Origin: Candidatus Omnitrophota bacterium
Lineage (GTDB): Bacteria > Omnitrophota > Omnitrophia > Omnitrophales > Aquincolibacteriaceae
Reading direction: 5' to 3'
DNA length: 64,000 bases
Assembly (NCBI GenBank): GCA_903856085.1
Contig: CAIOAT010000029.1
Span: 3,507 to 67,506, forward strand
Below, piece after piece: positions 60,710 to 64,000 of the stretch. Each line of letters opens with the position of its first letter. The first letter of the stretch is position 1. A model generated the notes under the pieces. That model searched no databases. It saw nothing but the letters and a program-made list of their open reading frames with translations, and was not told where the DNA came from. Made by a program: the position numbers and the translations under genes.

Positions 60710-62998
60710 CTACCGGGAGGCTTTGGGTTGCTCCAGCGGGATCGTGAAGGAAAAGGCGCTGCCTTTTTTGTATTCCGATTCTATTTCGATCTTGCCGTGA
60801 TGCCGTTCCACGATCATCTTGGAGATGGCAAGCCCCAACCCCGTGCCACCTGGCGCAACGAGCTTAGCGGATTCAAGCTGGCCGAATTTTCTGAAAAGCT
60901 TCGGAACATCTTCTTGTTGAATGCCGATCCCCGTGTCTTTGACCGAGACCTTGACCCCCTGGGAGTTCACGGAGGATGTGATCGTGAGTTCACCCTGGAG
61001 TGTGAATTTGATGGCATTCTGTAAAAAATTCGTGAGGACCTGAACGATCTTATCGCGATCAAGTTCGATCTCCGGAAGGTCCTTTTGAAGCGCCAGTTTT
61101 AAGCGAAGATTCTTGTTTTCCACCAAGGGGTGCATGGAGGCACCCACCTCCTCAATGATCCGCGTCAGGTTTTCTTTTCTCATTTGGAATTCGATCACCC
61201 CGGCCTCAAGCCTGTGAAAGGCGAGCACGTCGTTGACGAGACGCACCAGCCGGTCGACGCAACGCTTGGAGATGTTCAGCACTTCTTTCTGCTCGGGAGT
61301 GATCTCTCCCGTAAGACCCTCAAGCACGATGCTCAGACCTTCTTTCACGGAATGGATCGGTGTGCGGAGTTCATGCGACACCATCTGGATCAGCTCGGCT
61401 TTGATCTCGAGGGCTTCCTGATATTTATGTTCCGTCACGTCTTTTGCGAAACAGTAAAAACCGTCAAAGACCTTGTCTTTGTTCACGTTCTTAACCAGGA
61501 CGACATATTGGTGAAAGATCGAACCGTCCTTACGAATGGCCTTGACCTCGGTTTCTGCCTTACCCGTTTTCTTCATTTCTTCAAAAGCAGTTTTGGCCTT
61601 ATCGGCATCTTCGGGACAGATCATTGACATGCGGTTCAGTCCCACCAATTCCTCTGGGGAATAGCCCATCATGGCGGCGTAGGCCTTGTTGGCGCTCAAG
61701 AATTTCTTGTTGAGGTCCAGGCTCGCGATGCCGTCGAGGGCATTTTCCATCGCCATAGAAAATTCCCGCAGGCGTTGTTCAGTTTGGATTCTCTCCGTAA
61801 TATCCTCTGAAATGCCAAGCAGATAGACGGATTTCCCTTGAGGGTCCATGATCGGGATCTTTTTTGTGTGAAGGATTCGCGCTCCCTTTTTGTGAGTGTG
61901 AATGGTTTCTTCTTGGATTTCCAGCAACGTTTGAGAACGGAGTGTTTCCTTGTCTTTTTCGATAAAAAAAGTCGCTTCATTTTTAGGAAAAAAAGAAAAG
62001 TCGTTTTTGCCCAACAGCTCTTCACGTTTGTATCCCAAAAGTTCTTCTCCCGCGCGGTTGAAGCGCACAAAACGCAATTCGGCGGCGTCCTTAATGAAAA
62101 GCATATCCGGGATGTTTTCGATGACAGAGTCTAAAAAGGTGTTGGCTTGCCGGAGCTCCTTTTCGATCCGGATGCGCTCATCGACCTGCGCACGCAGCTC
62201 ATCATTGGAGAGTCCGAGCAGACGTGTTTTCTGTTCGAGCTCTACGGTCCTTTCTTTCACCTTGAGTTCGAGGGCTATATTGAGGTTCTTGAGTTGCCAC
62301 AAGTAAATTCCGAGACGCTTAAGTGTTGGCAGAAATACCAGCGCGCCGATCAGGCCGAGAAACAGGATATTTAAAATCAAAATAATTTGGCCCAATTCTC
62401 TCACTGCGCGGATTTGGGCGTCGGTGTCTTCCTGAAACTTTTTAATCGAAGTACGGAACGAGCTGAGAAGGTGAGAGCTTTTTTTCTGGAAAGCTAGAAG
62501 CTGAGGATTGTCAGCGCTTACCCTGAGGGGAGACCCTAAAAGGAATTTTTTTAAAGCGGAAAAATATTCTTCTAGATCCTGGTTCAACGGAGAGGAAGAA
62601 GAAAGGTAGATCCTCCGGAGGGTGGGGATCAGCGAGAGAGAGAGCTGTGTTTTTTGGGCAACGATATCATTAGAGGTTGTGCCGAAGACGAGGAGAGAAC
62701 GCAAATCGTCGTGAACATTCGCTCGGAGAGTTGTGCGTTCGACAGCATCGGCCGAGCGTGCGTATTCGATGGAAAGAAAAGTCGTTTTCTGTACCAGGCC
62801 GTATTGTTTTTCCATGAAACCAACGCACGCCGCGTCGCGTTCAGCATGACCGACCTGACTGTCCAGAACAAAAAAATTACAAACCGCGAAACAAAAAAGA
62901 AGAATGAAGGAGAACAGAAACTTCAGATTTGTCGAAAAGAGGACCGGGTCCGGCTTTGCTTTGACGGCAGGTGTGTCCAGCGCGGTTTTCTTGGGCAT
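60710..62998 (-). CDS. Membrane PAS-PAS sensor histidine kinase
   Basis: Two TMs, two PAS domains, SHELRTP, N-box NFLQNAIKFT, DTGIGI, GGTGLGL. Confidence 0.93.
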   Translation of the reverse strand: MPKKTALDTPAVKAKPDPVLFSTNLKFLFSFILLFCFAVCNFFVLDSQVGHAERDAACVGFMEKQYGLVQKTTFLSIEYARSADAVERTTLRANVHDDLRSLLVFGTTSNDIVAQKTQLSLSLIPTLRRIYLSSSSPLNQDLEEYFSALKKFLLGSPLRVSADNPQLLAFQKKSSHLLSSFRTSIKKFQEDTDAQIRAVRELGQIILILNILFLGLIGALVFLPTLKRLGIYLWQLKNLNIALELKVKERTVELEQKTRLLGLSNDELRAQVDERIRIEKELRQANTFLDSVIENIPDMLFIKDAAELRFVRFNRAGEELLGYKREELLGKNDFSFFPKNEATFFIEKDKETLRSQTLLEIQEETIHTHKKGARILHTKKIPIMDPQGKSVYLLGISEDITERIQTEQRLREFSMAMENALDGIASLDLNKKFLSANKAYAAMMGYSPEELVGLNRMSMICPEDADKAKTAFEEMKKTGKAETEVKAIRKDGSIFHQYVVLVKNVNKDKVFDGFYCFAKDVTEHKYQEALEIKAELIQMVSHELRTPIHSVKEGLSIVLEGLTGEITPEQKEVLNISKRCVDRLVRLVNDVLAFHRLEAGVIEFQMRKENLTRIIEEVGASMHPLVENKNLRLKLALQKDLPEIELDRDKIVQVLTNFLQNAIKFTLQGELTITSSVNSQGVKVSVKDTGIGIQQEDVPKLFRKFGQLESAKLVAPGGTGLGLAISKMIVERHHGKIEIESEYKKGSAFSFTIPLEQPKASR

Positions 62999-63001
62999 GA
63001 T

Positions 63002-64000
63002 CTAAGCGGGCTTTCCTAGGTAAAACCCCTGGCCGTATTTGACACCGAGCTCCTTGAGTTTGTCGAGGTCTTCCTGGGTTTCAATGCCTTCCGCGATTAC
63101 TTCAGCGTTCAAATCTTCAGCGACCTTAAGAGTGCGGCGGAGGGAACGCTCCACGTGCAGGTCCTGGGCGATCCCGCGGATATACTTTTTATCAAGCTTG
63201 ATCACATCCGGCTCAAGAAGAATAAGGCTTTCCAAGCAGGTGTTACCGAACCCCACATCATCGACAGCGATCGAAATACCATGGCGTTTGAATTCTTCGA
63301 CGGGGCCGATCAGATGGGAGGGCTCTCCGAGGATCTGTTGCTCGCTGATCTCGAGGCAGTAGCTTTCGGCCGGACAGTTTACGGCCAGTTTTTCGACAAT
63401 CTCTTCTACGGCAAGATCAATCATCGTGGCCGGGAAGAGATTGATGTGGCGATGTATTCTGGAAGGAAGCGCTGCGGCGGCGGAGATGCAGGAACGGAAG
63501 CAATGATGGTCGACCAGGGTGAGCATGTTGTTTTCCATCGCGACGCGGAAAAATTCGTCCGGCATATGGACTCCGCTGTTCTTTAAACGGGAAAGGAATT
63601 CATAACCGACGATCGATTGGTCCGCGAGGCGCATGATCGGTTGTTTGAGCGCGAAGAAGTCGTTGCCATTCCGCATAAGCTCCGTTAAATGTTCTGAGTC
63701 GGAAATCTCCGCATGGCTTTCCGTCCCTTCGGGTAGCTGATAGGAAACCCGGTTCTTACCTTCGTTCTTGCTCTGTCTCAGGAAAGGGTCGGAAATGGCC
63801 AAGAGATCATCGACGGAGGTCGCATGATCCGGAACGGATGTGAGCCCGAAGCTTGCGGTGATCTTCAGCGTTTCTTTTTCTGAAAGGGTGACCGTGGTGT
63901 TCGATACCGCGAAGCGCAATCGTTCCGCAAGGCGGAGCCCCTCCTTGAGCGGGGTTTTGGGAAGTAACAAAAGAAATTCATCGCCGCCGATCCTTGCCAC
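63002..64000 (-). CDS. GGDEF-EAL protein (partial; N-terminus lies outside the window)
   Basis: RIGGDEF, SK.EGKNR, QPI...GYEFLSR, LEISE, AVDDVG, IKLD, IAEGIET, GQGFY. Confidence 0.92.
   Translation of the reverse strand: MARIGGDEFLLLLPKTPLKEGLRLAERLRFAVSNTTVTLSEKETLKITASFGLTSVPDHATSVDDLLAISDPFLRQSKNEGKNRVSYQLPEGTESHAEISDSEHLTELMRNGNDFFALKQPIMRLADQSIVGYEFLSRLKNSGVHMPDEFFRVAMENNMLTLVDHHCFRSCISAAAALPSRIHRHINLFPATMIDLAVEEIVEKLAVNCPAESYCLEISEQQILGEPSHLIGPVEEFKRHGISIAVDDVGFGNTCLESLILLEPDVIKLDKKYIRGIAQDLHVERSLRRTLKVAEDLNAEVIAEGIETQEDLDKLKELGVKYGQGFYLGKPA

Overview
This is the replication-origin region of a diderm bacterium. Gene content and protein style suggest the PVC group, possibly Ca. Omnitrophota, but that is inference only. 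Genes diverge from oriC: minus strand from 1 to 19.7 kb, plus strand from 20.1 to 60.6 kb. Left arm: a glycan-sulfation island (two sulfotransferases, glycosyltransferases, cysD-cysNC, an O-fucosyltransferase-like ORF) interleaved with two tRNA-Ser genes, then serS-gyrA-gyrB-DUF721-dnaN-oriC-dnaA. Right arm: rpmH-rnpA-yidD-yidC-mnmG-parS-parA-parB; a beta-glucan locus (sugar-binding lipoprotein, GH94, Cgs/GH189-like enzyme, ROK); a biotin operon carrying its own FabG and FabF but no bioC/bioH/bioW; an intact but cofactor-stripped rnfC-D-(mini G)-E-A-like operon next to pilT; housekeeping genes from polA to yraN; an Omp85 barrel paired with a kinase-like secreted protein; and a PAS histidine kinase plus a GGDEF-EAL protein. 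Best novelty candidates: (1) the 'pseudo-Rnf' complex, (2) the FabF/FabG biotin pathway with an atypical BioB, (3) a dispersed 42-bp palindromic element inserted into coding sequences. All family assignments come from motifs read by eye; no database search was run.
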